Source of the DNA: Candidatus Latescibacterota bacterium
Lineage (GTDB): Bacteria; Latescibacterota; UBA2968; UBA8231
DNA: 64,000 bases
Direction of reading: 5' to 3'
Assembly (NCBI GenBank): GCA_965197905.1
Contig: CBDAOB010000005.1
Coordinates: forward strand, 736,001-800,000
Part shown: positions 48,529 to 59,213 of the stretch, piece after piece
Layout: the number at the start of each line of letters is the position of its first letter
Position numbering within the stretch: the stretch's first letter is position 1
Program-made: the position numbers and the translations under genes
Notes under the pieces: model-generated
What the model saw: only the letters and a program-made list of their open reading frames with translations
Told to the model about the DNA's origin: nothing
Databases searched by the model: none

Positions 48529-50478
48529 ATGGTTGATGGGAACTCTTTCTCAAAACCGGTGACGATCCCCGGGTTGGTCGAGGTCAAAGCGACCCAGGTT
48601 TCGCCACCACCAGGTTGGGCGCTCCTGGAGCGCCAGTTGATGAAACTCATGGAGGACGCAGTTCAGCCGATGGTGGAGAAATACGCCGAGAAGGGCGGGG
48701 CCTTCTACTTCGCCGACGATGTGGACGACCTCTACGAACGGGTCTACAACTGGGGCCTGTTCTATGCCATGGGCGCAGACAGACAGGTGCTTGACCTGGC
48801 GCTGCAGTCGTGGAACGCGACCACCCGTTTCCACGCCGACGACATCGTCAGTCGCGTCCACCGCCGCTTCCACGCTCAGATCCACAACGAATACTACAAC
48901 CAGGAGGTCCCCGGTGCGAGTGAATGGTTCCATCAGGGCGAGGGGAACATGGCCTTCTACCACTTCGGCCTGGCCGATCCGACGATCTCGGAGAATTTCC
49001 GCCGCGCCAAACGATTTGCCGCGATGTTCATGGATGAGGACCCCGAGGCCGCCAACTACGATCCCGAACACCGGGTCTTCCGCAGCCCGATCCAGACCAG
49101 CGTCGGACCGTACGTCCACAGCAGCCTGGAGCACGCGACCTCGTGGCTTCAGGGGGGGATACCGAGCATCGGCGAGGCCTACCGCTGGTACGGCGTGCGG
49201 GCTACCCTCGATCCGGTCGTCGTGGACCTGGAGCCGGACTGGACGGAAAACCCGGAGCGTAGGGACGAGATCCTGAAGCTGTTCGATCAGGTCGTCCTCA
49301 ACGGCGATGTGGCCAACAGCCTGGGCGCGACCGCTCTCGTCACCAACGCCTACCTCTACACCGGCGAAGAAAAGTACAAGCAGTGGGTGTTGGACTATTC
49401 CGAAGCCTGGATCGAACGCATGCGGCGCAACGACGGCATCATGCCGGACAACGTCGGACCGACCGGTCAGATCGGCGAAAACCGGCAGGGCCAATGGTGG
49501 GGCGGGTTATACGGCTGGAACAGCTTCGTCGGTTACGGCATCATGTTCAGCTGCCTGACAATCGCTGCCGAATGCGCCGTCCTGCTCAGCGGCGACTTCA
49601 GCTATCTGGAACTGCTGCGCTCGCAGATCAAGGTCCTCATGGACAACGCTACCCTCCGTGAGGATGGGCACCTTACCCCACCGGCACGCTATGGCCCCGA
49701 TGGATGGTCGTACCATATGGGCCATCCGGATCCCGAGAAGGGGAGGGTCCAGCCGTTCCGCCTGCAGGAACCGACCCACCTCTACCACATCTCCATGGCC
49801 TCGGAAGACTACGACCTCATCGCCAGGATACGGGAGGCTGACAAAGAGCGCGACTGGAATGAGGTGCCGGTGGTTGGCGAAAAGAACTGTGGCGACACCG
49901 AGCTCGCCCGTTTCCAATACTACGATGGCAAGAATCCGGACTGGCCCGAGAAGGCCATGCGGGCCGATTACCAGAACGTCCTGAACGCCGTTCAAATGAT
50001 ACAAAACGAGGCCCGCGATCCCTTTACCTTGATCGCGGACAACCCCGGCTCCCCGAACCCGGTCTATACCAAAGCGCTGACCCAGGTGATGATGGGCGCC
50101 CCCCATTCGGTCTATACCGGAGGGCTCGTGCGGGGGACCTTGCGCTACTTCGATTCGGACCGCGCGCGCCCGGGGCTGCCGCTGGATGTGGCTGCCCTGG
50201 TGGACCGACTGGACGCCGACGGTGCCGGCGTGCAACTCGTTAACCTTAACCCAGGAAAGACGCGAAACCTGATCGTGCAGGCCGGGGCGTTCGCCGAGCA
50301 CCAGTTTGTCGAGCTGACCCATGAGGATAGGACTGTCCCGGTAGATTCGAAGTACTTCGCCGTCCAGCTTCCGCCCGGTTCGTCTATTCGGCTGGACCTC
50401 GGGATGCGGCGGTTCGCAAACCAACCGACCTACGCCTTTCCCTGGCACGGCGACAGCATACCGGTGCCGTACCAATAA
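48529..50478 (+). CDS. Conserved unknown 649-aa protein (copy A)
   Basis: Long ORF with GGAG RBS, paralogous over its full length to 54719..56668; no signal peptide evident. Confidence 0.8.
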   Translation: MVDGNSFSKPVTIPGLVEVKATQVSPPPGWALLERQLMKLMEDAVQPMVEKYAEKGGAFYFADDVDDLYERVYNWGLFYAMGADRQVLDLALQSWNATTRFHADDIVSRVHRRFHAQIHNEYYNQEVPGASEWFHQGEGNMAFYHFGLADPTISENFRRAKRFAAMFMDEDPEAANYDPEHRVFRSPIQTSVGPYVHSSLEHATSWLQGGIPSIGEAYRWYGVRATLDPVVVDLEPDWTENPERRDEILKLFDQVVLNGDVANSLGATALVTNAYLYTGEEKYKQWVLDYSEAWIERMRRNDGIMPDNVGPTGQIGENRQGQWWGGLYGWNSFVGYGIMFSCLTIAAECAVLLSGDFSYLELLRSQIKVLMDNATLREDGHLTPPARYGPDGWSYHMGHPDPEKGRVQPFRLQEPTHLYHISMASEDYDLIARIREADKERDWNEVPVVGEKNCGDTELARFQYYDGKNPDWPEKAMRADYQNVLNAVQMIQNEARDPFTLIADNPGSPNPVYTKALTQVMMGAPHSVYTGGLVRGTLRYFDSDRARPGLPLDVAALVDRLDADGAGVQLVNLNPGKTRNLIVQAGAFAEHQFVELTHEDRTVPVDSKYFAVQLPPGSSIRLDLGMRRFANQPTYAFPWHGDSIPVPYQ

Positions 50479-50617
50479 CGCACGCGCAGTTGGACGGGAC
50501 CCCAAACGAGAGCGTCTAGCCCGGAACTCCGACAAGACTCAGCTGTGCCCCGGCGTCGGCAGCGCGGGCCCGTTTGCAGGCCTCGCGTGCCTGGTCGCGG
50601 GCGTGTTCCGGGACGTT

Positions 50618-52222
50618 TTAGTGGGTATAGCTGACGTGCAGTTGGGCGGAATCCCAGACGAGAGGCGTCTGCATCGATTCGTCTCGTTTAGTCGCCAAAA
50701 GTTCAACCTCGTTTGGCCCCTTCTTCACCCGATCTGGATCCAGCCGGCATTCCAACCATTGCGATCCCGTTTGGGCAGCGCCGGTTGGCTTGAGATCGTC
50801 GAGCGATGCGCCGTTGAGTTTCACTGCGATCAGATCGCTATTCGCAGCACCCCAGAGGTGTATGCGGAATCTCAGCTCTGGGAAACTACCCGTCGTCGGA
50901 TCCTCCCCTACCTCAAAGCGGGCACTCACCGGTTTTCCTTGCTCTAGCTCCAGCTCGCGCACATCCTCGAAGCTGGAGTTGCCGGCGAATCGGTCGACGC
51001 CGAATAGCTTCTCCTTCCCGGCCAGCGTTTCCAGGTCGCCGATCTCGTGATAGGCCGGGATAGTGGCCCGGTGGAAACCGTTGAAGACGTAGATACCATC
51101 CGGACTGGCGTTCCACAGATTCATCGCTGCGCCGCGCCATGACGGCATCATCCCGTCCCAGGAATTGAGCGCCACGTAGTACGGCGTGTGCTCGCTGCGA
51201 AGGGCTTCGATCCACGCCTCGCGGGTCCGGTGCTCCTTTGCTCCGCCGTCGAGAAACCCCCAGTGCTGCCAGAACCCCCATCCGATACAGGGATAGACCG
51301 GCACCCCGTGTTTGTGCCCTAGCTCTACCATCTCCCCGAACGACTCGGTCATGATCGACTCCTGGAGACCGCCGGGCACCCACAGATCGATCAACCCCTC
51401 CTCCAACCAGCGCTCCACGTCGAGGCCAACGAACCGCGCGTCGGCAACGCTGAAGGGGGTGCGTGCGGCCACCAGCAAGGGACGTCCGCGCTTGCGACTC
51501 AGCTCCCCGACCATCTGCCAGACCCGGCGCACCAGATCGGTCATCGCCTCCAGGTTCTGCTCCCCGACCTCGCACCAATCGCGTGTTTCGGGGAAGTACG
51601 GAAAGCTTCGCAGAAAATCGAGCTCGACCCCGTCCACGTCGTACCCCTGGCACACCTCCTGAATGAGCGAGAAGATGTGCTCGCGAACCTCCGAATGACT
51701 GAAGTCCACCGCCGACCAGCTCCGCTCACCCGCCCCAGCATGATCAGACGCCGCGTTTGGCTTCTTCAGAAGAAACTCCGGATATGTCTGTTTGAATGGA
51801 GCCAGCCCATCCACCTGATGGTGGGACCCGCTAGGCCAGGCATCGTGGGTATCGTTCATGCGCAGCGACCAGAATACCTCCATGTCATGTTCGTGACCGA
51901 AGTCGATCTGGATCTGGAGGTTGTCGCGCCCATACCGGTCGATGAGCTCTCGGCCTATCCACTTGTCGTGGAATCCTCCCAGCTTCGTCTGGTGGGTGAA
52001 GGTGAGCCCCGAAAAGCATGTGGCATACCAGATGCTGTCGACCTCTGTGCCAAGCAACGGCACACTGCGCGCGTTCAAGAAGTCATCGATCAGCTCACCG
52101 TCGCCGCGCGCCATCAATCCCGCCTTGATATTGTTCTCGGTCTTGGCCACGACCACATCGTCGCCGTCGTTGTTGTAGATGATGCGACGTTTGCGCCAGC
52201 GCGCCGCTTCTCTGTCTGCCAT
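50618..52222 (-). CDS. Glycoside-hydrolase-like TIM-barrel protein (GHL10-like)
   Basis: 'RRIIYNNDG', 'SLRMNDTH', 'YDVDGVELDFLR', 'DGIYVFN'. Confidence 0.75.
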   Translation of the reverse strand: MADREAARWRKRRIIYNNDGDDVVVAKTENNIKAGLMARGDGELIDDFLNARSVPLLGTEVDSIWYATCFSGLTFTHQTKLGGFHDKWIGRELIDRYGRDNLQIQIDFGHEHDMEVFWSLRMNDTHDAWPSGSHHQVDGLAPFKQTYPEFLLKKPNAASDHAGAGERSWSAVDFSHSEVREHIFSLIQEVCQGYDVDGVELDFLRSFPYFPETRDWCEVGEQNLEAMTDLVRRVWQMVGELSRKRGRPLLVAARTPFSVADARFVGLDVERWLEEGLIDLWVPGGLQESIMTESFGEMVELGHKHGVPVYPCIGWGFWQHWGFLDGGAKEHRTREAWIEALRSEHTPYYVALNSWDGMMPSWRGAAMNLWNASPDGIYVFNGFHRATIPAYHEIGDLETLAGKEKLFGVDRFAGNSSFEDVRELELEQGKPVSARFEVGEDPTTGSFPELRFRIHLWGAANSDLIAVKLNGASLDDLKPTGAAQTGSQWLECRLDPDRVKKGPNEVELLATKRDESMQTPLVWDSAQLHVSYTH

Positions 52223-52227
52223 CTTAT

Positions 52228-54003
52228 TTACCCCTGGTTCATCCGCAGGTGTCGGCGCACCTTGCTCCAGCCTTCGATGAAAGGTCCCACCGGAACCTGG
52301 GCGACCGGATGCGCGCGGCCGAAGTAGTCGCAATCCAGCACCTCGTCGCGCTCCACCTGCAGTATCTCGTCTGCAGCCGAAAGCCAGGAAAGGATCTGGG
52401 TCTCCCGATCGAACTCCAGATCCAAGGAGACCACCCGGCTGTGGGCGTCGAGGCCTCTCTTCTGCCATTCAGCCAGGTCGTGCTCATCTCCCGCGCCGGC
52501 GATCAGGTTGTGATCCGACACGTTCTCCATGTCGTAGTAGTCGAGTGGAACGGCACAACCGACAATCACGTTGTTGATGACCTGATTGTTTTTGCACATC
52601 CCCACCCGGTCGCGCTGCTTGTTCTTCAACATCTGGATCCCTACGTCGCAATCCACCACCAGGTTGTGGGCGATCACCACCAGATCGCAGTCGTGCTGAT
52701 AGAGACCGCTACCGTGCGTAAACATCACGACGTTGTGATCTATCATGTTGGGCTCGTCCGAAGCCTCGAAGAATATGGCACCGTGGTAGGAGGAGATGTC
52801 GTGGGCCAGATTCCGGCATACCCGCGTGTTCCGGTTCTTGAAATCGATCCAGATAGCGGGACCGGCGTAACAGTGGTGAATGTGATTGCACTGCACGAGG
52901 GCGCCGAGGGTGCACAAGATTTTGATCCCTGCCGTCTCCCAGTACGGCTCCGCCTCCTGCCAGCCGCAGTGGTGAATATGGTTGTTTGCGATTACCGACC
53001 GCGCGACGACGGTTCCCTGGATGCCGCCGGTGCCACAATCGTAGACGTGATTGCGGCGCACGATGTGTCGGCCGGTCGCGTCCTTTAACTCATCCGTTAC
53101 GGCGGTGTGCTCGCGTTCGTCGGTAAAGGCCCCGATCTCTATACCTACCGAATTGATGTGTCGCACCGTGATCTCTTCGATGATCCAGTGGTGTCCCCCC
53201 CAGGTCGTCACCGCCCCCGTTCCAGAGCGCGGAAAACCGTTGCCCGCATGGTCGAAAGTGAGCCCTTTGACGCGGATATATCCCAACCCCTTCACCACGG
53301 GATTGAGCAGGTACTGTCGGGTCGTCGCTTCGAACTCGGCGCCGTTGGGATTGGTGTAACCGAACGGTTTGACGTGCAGCTTCTTCTCTTCCAGGTCGAT
53401 CCAGAAAGATCCCGGGACGCGATGCATATCCTCGTAGGTGGCGAGCTGGGTCATGCGGCGGCCATCCTCGAAAATCATAACTCGCCGGAAGGTAAAGGGG
53501 ACGTGCCCGCGCACATCCCTCGCCCAGCGCATGACGTCCATGTCTTCCTCGCCCGCATTTTCCAGTGAAAACGGGCGATCTTCGGCAAAATACTCTTCTG
53601 GAAGATCGGTTTCCCAGGCATTCATCGAGCGCCGGCGCGGCGACTGGGAGAGCCGCCACTCGCCGGTCAAAAGGTCGGACCCGCGCACAATCGCGTCTGC
53701 ACCGGGCGCGGCCTCGTAGCTGATCATCCTGTCGACTCCGGAGCCCCCTTGCTTGGGTTTGATCCACTCGCGGTATACGCCCGACTTGATCAACACCTTT
53801 TCACCCGGCTCGAGCAGCTCGGCGGCGCGCTGGATCGTAAGAAACGGCGCCTCTTCCGTACCCGGGTTTCGATCAGCGGCTTCCGGATGCTGCTGATCGA
53901 CGTAATACACCCTGCCGTATTCAGTTTCATCTTCCCAGTGCTCGAACTCCGTGCCATCCGGAAGTCTCGCAAGTGGACTTTGTTCAATCGAACTTGCATT
54001 CAT
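52228..54003 (-). CDS. Right-handed beta-helix protein (DUF1565-like N-terminus)
   Basis: 'NPGTEEAPFLTIQRAA..L.PG..V.I..GVYRE' and repeated 'NHIHH' rungs; GGGAG RBS before ATG 54003. Confidence 0.85.
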   Translation of the reverse strand: MNASSIEQSPLARLPDGTEFEHWEDETEYGRVYYVDQQHPEAADRNPGTEEAPFLTIQRAAELLEPGEKVLIKSGVYREWIKPKQGGSGVDRMISYEAAPGADAIVRGSDLLTGEWRLSQSPRRRSMNAWETDLPEEYFAEDRPFSLENAGEEDMDVMRWARDVRGHVPFTFRRVMIFEDGRRMTQLATYEDMHRVPGSFWIDLEEKKLHVKPFGYTNPNGAEFEATTRQYLLNPVVKGLGYIRVKGLTFDHAGNGFPRSGTGAVTTWGGHHWIIEEITVRHINSVGIEIGAFTDEREHTAVTDELKDATGRHIVRRNHVYDCGTGGIQGTVVARSVIANNHIHHCGWQEAEPYWETAGIKILCTLGALVQCNHIHHCYAGPAIWIDFKNRNTRVCRNLAHDISSYHGAIFFEASDEPNMIDHNVVMFTHGSGLYQHDCDLVVIAHNLVVDCDVGIQMLKNKQRDRVGMCKNNQVINNVIVGCAVPLDYYDMENVSDHNLIAGAGDEHDLAEWQKRGLDAHSRVVSLDLEFDRETQILSWLSAADEILQVERDEVLDCDYFGRAHPVAQVPVGPFIEGWSKVRRHLRMNQG

Positions 54004-54718
54004 ATCCAGTTCTCCCTTTTCATTTGTCCCTCTCGCCATCCAACGGCCCGGCGAGAGGTTCAGTGCCCTTTGCCGATAATCCAGAAGATCGCAGATAACC
54101 CGCACGAAGTCGCAGCCATCCGGTCTCGGCATTCCCTCGTATTCAGGCAGACCTCGCAACAATCTGCTTTCTTCTGGTCGTATAGAGAAGCATTGGGTGG
54201 GGGCTTGCGCAAGAAGTGAGGCTCCTTCGGTAGCTCTGCGGGGTCCATGAAGCCGACGTAATAGAACTCCGTTGTGAAGACGAACCACCTTTTGATCGAG
54301 CGCGGCTGCCTCGTTCCGAGATCTTGTCTGGGCCGACGCCGGCCTCGAGGTGTGGGTTGACCATGGCACATGGGGAGGGCGCGGAGCAGCCTCAAGTGGT
54401 AGATGGCCGACCACCTCTTAGTGACTTTTATGCGTACAGTGACTATGATTCCGGCTTGCCGGCAGTCACGGTGAATACCCTTGGCAAGGGCAGAGCGATC
54501 TACGTATGTGCGGGTGGTCGGTTGTCTGCCGTGCCAGAATATCTCGATCCCTCAGACACCTGGGTTCAATGAGTCCGGTACATGGCGAACCAGAAGGGTC
54601 AGCATACCAAGCGCGCACTCTTCGGGATGCAGGCCACCGCAAAAGCGCCTGATCCGCGAAGTTAGAATGAAGGAATACACATGGAAACGCAATCAGACTA
54701 TGAATTGGAGGCGCGAAT

Positions 54719-56668
54719 ATGGCTGATGTGGGCTCTTCTTCGAAACCGGTGACGGTCCCCGGATTGGTCGAGGTCAAAGCGACACAGGTTTCGCCGCCCC
54801 CGGGCTGGGCGCTGCTGGAATGCAAGTTGATGAAACTCATGGAGGAAGCCGTTCAGCCGATGGTCGACAAGTACGCGGAAAAGGGAGGGGCCTTCTACTA
54901 TGCCGACGACGTGGACGACCTGTACGAAAGGGCTTATAACTGGGGCTTGTTCTATGCCATGGGGGCAGATCGACAGGTGCTCGACCTTGGGTTGCAGCAG
55001 TGGCACGCAACCACCCGTTTTTTCGCCGACGATATCGTCAGTCGCGTTCACCCCCGCTTCCAACCTCAGATCCACAACGAATACTATAACCAGGCCTCTG
55101 CCGGTGCGAACGAGTGGTACCACCAGGGCGAGGGCAACATGGCCTTCTACCATTTCGGTTTGGCCGACCCCACCATTTCGGAGAACCTGCGCCGCGCCCG
55201 GCGATTTGCGGCCATGTTCATGGATGAAGATCCCGAAGCCCTCAACTACGATCCCCAGCACAAAATCATGCGCAGCCCCGTACCGACCAGCGTTGGCCCC
55301 ATGCGCCACGCTACTGTCGAACATGTGCTGATGTGGCTTCATGACCACCAGAGAAGTTTTGAGGCGGGGAAGCGCCCCTACAAGGCACGGGCCACGCTCT
55401 ATCCGGTGGTCAAGGACCTGGAGGCGGACTGGTTCGAAAACCCCGAGCGTCGAGACGAGATCCTAAAGCTGTTTGACGAAATCGTGCTCAACGGCGACGT
55501 CCCCCACAGCCTGGGTTCGACCGCTCTCGTCACCAACGCCTACCTCTACACCGGAGAAGACAAGTACAGGCAGTGGGTGCTGGACTATACGGGAGCGTGG
55601 ATGGAGCGCATCCGACGCAACGGCGGCATCCTGCCCGACAACGTCGGGCCTACCGGCCAGATCGGCGAGAATCGTCAGGGCCAGTGGTGGGGCGGGCTCT
55701 ACGGCTGGAACAGTTTCGTCGGTCACTACATCATGTTCACCTCGCTGACCATCGCCGCCGAATGCGCCCTCCTGCTCACCGGCGACTTCGGCTACCTGGA
55801 ATTGCTGCGCTCGCAGATCAAACTGCTCATGGAGAACGCCATCACCCGCGATGACGGCCAGCTCACCCTGCCGGCCCGCTATGGCCCGGACGGCTGGGAA
55901 TACACCATGGAGAACTACAGCTATGAGCAGGGCAGGTTCGTACCCTTCCGCCTGCAGGAGCTCGCCCACCTCTACCACGCCTCCATGGCGGCCGAAGACT
56001 ACGACCTCATCGCCAGGATACGGGAGACCGACAAAGAGCGCGACTGGAATGAGGTGCCGGTCGTTGGAGAAAAGAGCTATGCCGATACCGAATTGGCCCG
56101 CTTCCAGTACTACGACGGCAAGAACCCCGACTGGCCCGAGAAGATCCTGCAGGCCGAGTACCAGAATGCTCAGACCGCCTTCGAGACGATACAAAACGAA
56201 ACCCGCGATGCTCAGACCCTGATCGCAGACAACCCGAGTTCCCCGAATCCGGTCTACACCAAGGGCTTAACGCAGGTGACAATGGGCGCACCGCAATCGG
56301 TGTACACGGGAGGGCTCTTGCGCGCGACCGTGCGTTACTTCGATTCAGACCGGGCCCGGCCCGGTTTGCCGCGCGACGTGGCCGCTCTGGTCGACAAACT
56401 GGACTCCGAGCGCGCCGGCGTTCATCTAGTCAACCTGAATGCCAGCGAGACGCGAAACCTGATCGTCCAGGCCGGGGCGTTCGCCGAGCACCAGTTTGTC
56501 GAGCTGACCTATGCGGATCAGACCGTTCCCGTGGAGTCGAAGTACTTCGCGGTCCAACTGCCACCTTCTGCATCCATCCGGCTGGATGTGGGTATGCGCC
56601 GCTTTGCCCACCGTCCCACCTATGCTTTTCCCTGGCACGGGGACGAGATACCAGTGCCGTACCAGTAG
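54719..56668 (+). CDS. Conserved unknown 649-aa protein (copy B)
   Basis: GGAGG RBS; shares 'DDVDDLYE', 'HQGEGNM', 'PDNVGP', 'ARPGLP.DVAALV' and 'P.YAFPW' with copy A. Confidence 0.8.
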   Translation: MADVGSSSKPVTVPGLVEVKATQVSPPPGWALLECKLMKLMEEAVQPMVDKYAEKGGAFYYADDVDDLYERAYNWGLFYAMGADRQVLDLGLQQWHATTRFFADDIVSRVHPRFQPQIHNEYYNQASAGANEWYHQGEGNMAFYHFGLADPTISENLRRARRFAAMFMDEDPEALNYDPQHKIMRSPVPTSVGPMRHATVEHVLMWLHDHQRSFEAGKRPYKARATLYPVVKDLEADWFENPERRDEILKLFDEIVLNGDVPHSLGSTALVTNAYLYTGEDKYRQWVLDYTGAWMERIRRNGGILPDNVGPTGQIGENRQGQWWGGLYGWNSFVGHYIMFTSLTIAAECALLLTGDFGYLELLRSQIKLLMENAITRDDGQLTLPARYGPDGWEYTMENYSYEQGRFVPFRLQELAHLYHASMAAEDYDLIARIRETDKERDWNEVPVVGEKSYADTELARFQYYDGKNPDWPEKILQAEYQNAQTAFETIQNETRDAQTLIADNPSSPNPVYTKGLTQVTMGAPQSVYTGGLLRATVRYFDSDRARPGLPRDVAALVDKLDSERAGVHLVNLNASETRNLIVQAGAFAEHQFVELTYADQTVPVESKYFAVQLPPSASIRLDVGMRRFAHRPTYAFPWHGDEIPVPYQ

Positions 56669-56719
56669 CGAAAGGCCATTCCTCATTCTATTCTGTGGTT
56701 ACAGAGCGAAAGGGAGACG

Positions 56720-57958
56720 ATGAGCAAGCTTGAGATTCGCGATGTTCGGGCGATTATCACGCAGCCACCGGGTGCGCGTACTCTCACGGTGGTGAAGGTG
56801 GAAACCAACGAGCCGGAGATCTACGGCGTGGGATGCGCCTCATTCTGCACGCGACCGACTGCTGTTGCCGCCGCGGTGGACGATTATCTGAAGCCTTTTC
56901 TGTCCGGCAAAGACCCGGCTGACATCGAAGATATCTGGCAGTCGTGTTATGTGTCCTCCTACTGGCGCAGCGGGCCCGTCCTAAACAATGCCCTCAGCGG
57001 CGTGGACCAGGCACTGTGGGACATCAAGGGTAAGGTAGCGGGAATGCCGGTGTACGAGCTGTTCGGCGGCAAATCAAGGGAGGCAGCGGCGGTGTACGTG
57101 ATTCCTAAAGGACAAGACCCCGAGGAGTACGAAGAACATGTGCGCGTGCTACTGGAACGAGGCTTCCGCCACATCAAGCTCGGATGGGGGGGTGCGTTGA
57201 CGGAACATGATAAGGATTACTACGAACCGGCCGTCATTACCAACAAGGCCGCCATAGACAGCGGGACCATCCTCGAGCCGACGCCGATCGCCCGCAATAT
57301 CGTGCGCGCTTTTGAGCAGTTCCGCGCCACCTTTGGCCCCGAACCGGAGATCCTCTTCGATGTCAAGGCGCATATGCCTCCTATTCAAGGGCTCGCATTA
57401 GCCAAGGACGTGGAGCAATTCAAACCATACTTCATGGAGGACCTTTTCACGCCGGAGGACAACGACTACTTTCGCCTCGTACGCGAGCAGACCAGCACGC
57501 CGATCGCCATGGGCGAGTTGTACAGCAATCCCCAGGAGGTTGTCCCGATGATTAAGGACCGGCTACTGGACTTTCTCCGGTTGCACATTTCGACCATAGG
57601 CGGGCTGACTCCTGCACGGAAACTGGCGGCGCTGTGCGAAGCCTTCAATGTGCGCACCGCTTGGCACGGCTCCGCCGATGTTTCCCCTGTGGGCCACGCG
57701 GCCAACCTCATGCTGGATATGAATGTGTGGAATTTTGGCGTCCAGGAAGCTTCGTGTTACCTGAACACCCATGAGACGTTGAAGGAAGTGTTCCCCGGTA
57801 CACCTGAAGTGCGCGGTGGCTACATGTGGCCCAACGGCAAACCGGGTCTGGGGGTGGACATCAATGAGGAGCTGGCCGCCCGGTACCCCCTCGAGGATCC
57901 GGGTGCTCGCAGCATTCGCTGGGTTACGCGGCGCGCTGACGGCACCGTGACACGGTAG
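56720..57958 (+). CDS. Enolase-superfamily acid-sugar dehydratase, RspA/ManD-like (copy B)
   Basis: Paralog of 47028 with the same motifs, except 'DVKAH' in place of 'DVHER'. Confidence 0.88.
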   Translation: MSKLEIRDVRAIITQPPGARTLTVVKVETNEPEIYGVGCASFCTRPTAVAAAVDDYLKPFLSGKDPADIEDIWQSCYVSSYWRSGPVLNNALSGVDQALWDIKGKVAGMPVYELFGGKSREAAAVYVIPKGQDPEEYEEHVRVLLERGFRHIKLGWGGALTEHDKDYYEPAVITNKAAIDSGTILEPTPIARNIVRAFEQFRATFGPEPEILFDVKAHMPPIQGLALAKDVEQFKPYFMEDLFTPEDNDYFRLVREQTSTPIAMGELYSNPQEVVPMIKDRLLDFLRLHISTIGGLTPARKLAALCEAFNVRTAWHGSADVSPVGHAANLMLDMNVWNFGVQEASCYLNTHETLKEVFPGTPEVRGGYMWPNGKPGLGVDINEELAARYPLEDPGARSIRWVTRRADGTVTR

Positions 57959-57981
57959 GTTCATGGATCCCTAGTAAGCCA

Positions 57982-58731
57982 ATGGCAGAAGCAAAACTCC
58001 GCGTCCTCATCACCGGCGCCGCCGGCAATGTGGGTACGACCCTGTGGCAGGCGTGGGAGGAAGAGGACAAATACAAGCTGACCCTGGTCGATGTACGGCC
58101 GATCGAACACGCACGGTCGAGGACGGAGATCGGTGACGTCTGCGATCTTGGATTCATGCGCAGGATCTGTAGGCACCAGGACGTGCTTGTCCACCTCGCC
58201 TTCTTTAGGGACGTCGGCCCCGACAGCGACAGGATGAGCGACATCGGGCTATCGCTGGCGCTGTTTGAGACAGCCCGCAAAGCCGGCATCGGCAGGATCG
58301 TGCTCGCCAGTACTAACAAAGTCAACAGCGGCGACAAGAGCATGGGCGGCCGGTCTGCGTACACACCCGATCAGTTCAATCCTGGCAGCTGGTACGGCGC
58401 CATGAAAGGGATGGCAGAGATCGCCGGTCGTATGATGGTGAATGCTGGCGACATGCGATTCATCGCCATCCGCATAGGCACCTATTCCGGGCAGACCGAA
58501 CCGGACACTCTCCGTGCTTGCGGATACCTGCTGTCGCCGCGCGACTGCGTCCAGCTCTTCGGCCTGGCCGTCGACTACCAAGGACCGGAGAGGTTTCTCG
58601 TCACCTACGGTACCTCCGGCAACGCCTGGGGTTATCACTGTGGCCCCCTCGACATCGGTCCCGCGGTCGATGTCCTCGGATACAAACCACAGGACAACAT
58701 GATGCAGTTCCGGAGCCGGTTTGAGAGTTGA
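57982..58731 (+). CDS. NAD-dependent epimerase/dehydratase (extended SDR; uronate-dehydrogenase-like)
   Basis: 'VLITGAAGNVG', 'YGAMK' (YxxxK), 'IRIG', 'LSPRD'. Confidence 0.85.
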   Translation: MAEAKLRVLITGAAGNVGTTLWQAWEEEDKYKLTLVDVRPIEHARSRTEIGDVCDLGFMRRICRHQDVLVHLAFFRDVGPDSDRMSDIGLSLALFETARKAGIGRIVLASTNKVNSGDKSMGGRSAYTPDQFNPGSWYGAMKGMAEIAGRMMVNAGDMRFIAIRIGTYSGQTEPDTLRACGYLLSPRDCVQLFGLAVDYQGPERFLVTYGTSGNAWGYHCGPLDIGPAVDVLGYKPQDNMMQFRSRFES

Positions 58732-58878
58732 TCGGCATGTCGTGATCTGCGCCGAGCCCCACACGCCGCAGACAGAGGCCGCATTCCTCCCCCGGACGAT
58801 ATTGGAACAAGCGCCCAACGGACCTTGAAAGATCGTCACCGCCTACATTTCGGAGACGGCCAAGCGCAAGCGCCAGAT

Positions 58879-59000
58879 TCAGTCCTCGGCGTAGACCGCC
58901 TCCCGCAGTCCCTTCACGTAGCCCACGGCGAACAGCCGCGCCAGGCGGTGTTCGTCGTCATGGGCGTCGTCACACATCTTCGGTAATGATCCGGGCGCAG
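58879..59000 (-). pseudogene. uxuA: 3' remnant of a mannonate dehydratase gene
   Basis: With one base restored it reads 'LRPDHYPKM...RLFAVGYVKGLREAVY', resembling the UxuA C-terminal signature. Confidence 0.6.
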
Positions 59001-59213
59001 CCGGTCAAGCTGCTTTTCGGACAAATTGATTAATCTGCTATCATCGAAAGCGCGATCGTAGCATGGCGTACCCCGTATGCGCGCGGCGGCCGGCACCCGA
59101 CGCGCCGAATGACATCGAAACGGGGGGCATTGGCTGTCGCGAATTCGTTGAAAGATGACTCCGGCACATCTGTGCATGGCCAGGTACGGACCTTGGCACG
59201 CGATGAGATGTAA

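Noticed and set aside
54030..54700. Possible beta-galactosidase trimerisation-domain remnant ('DSGLPAVTVNTLGKGRAIYV')
   Set aside because: Only about 25 residues resemble the family and no coherent frame extends it.
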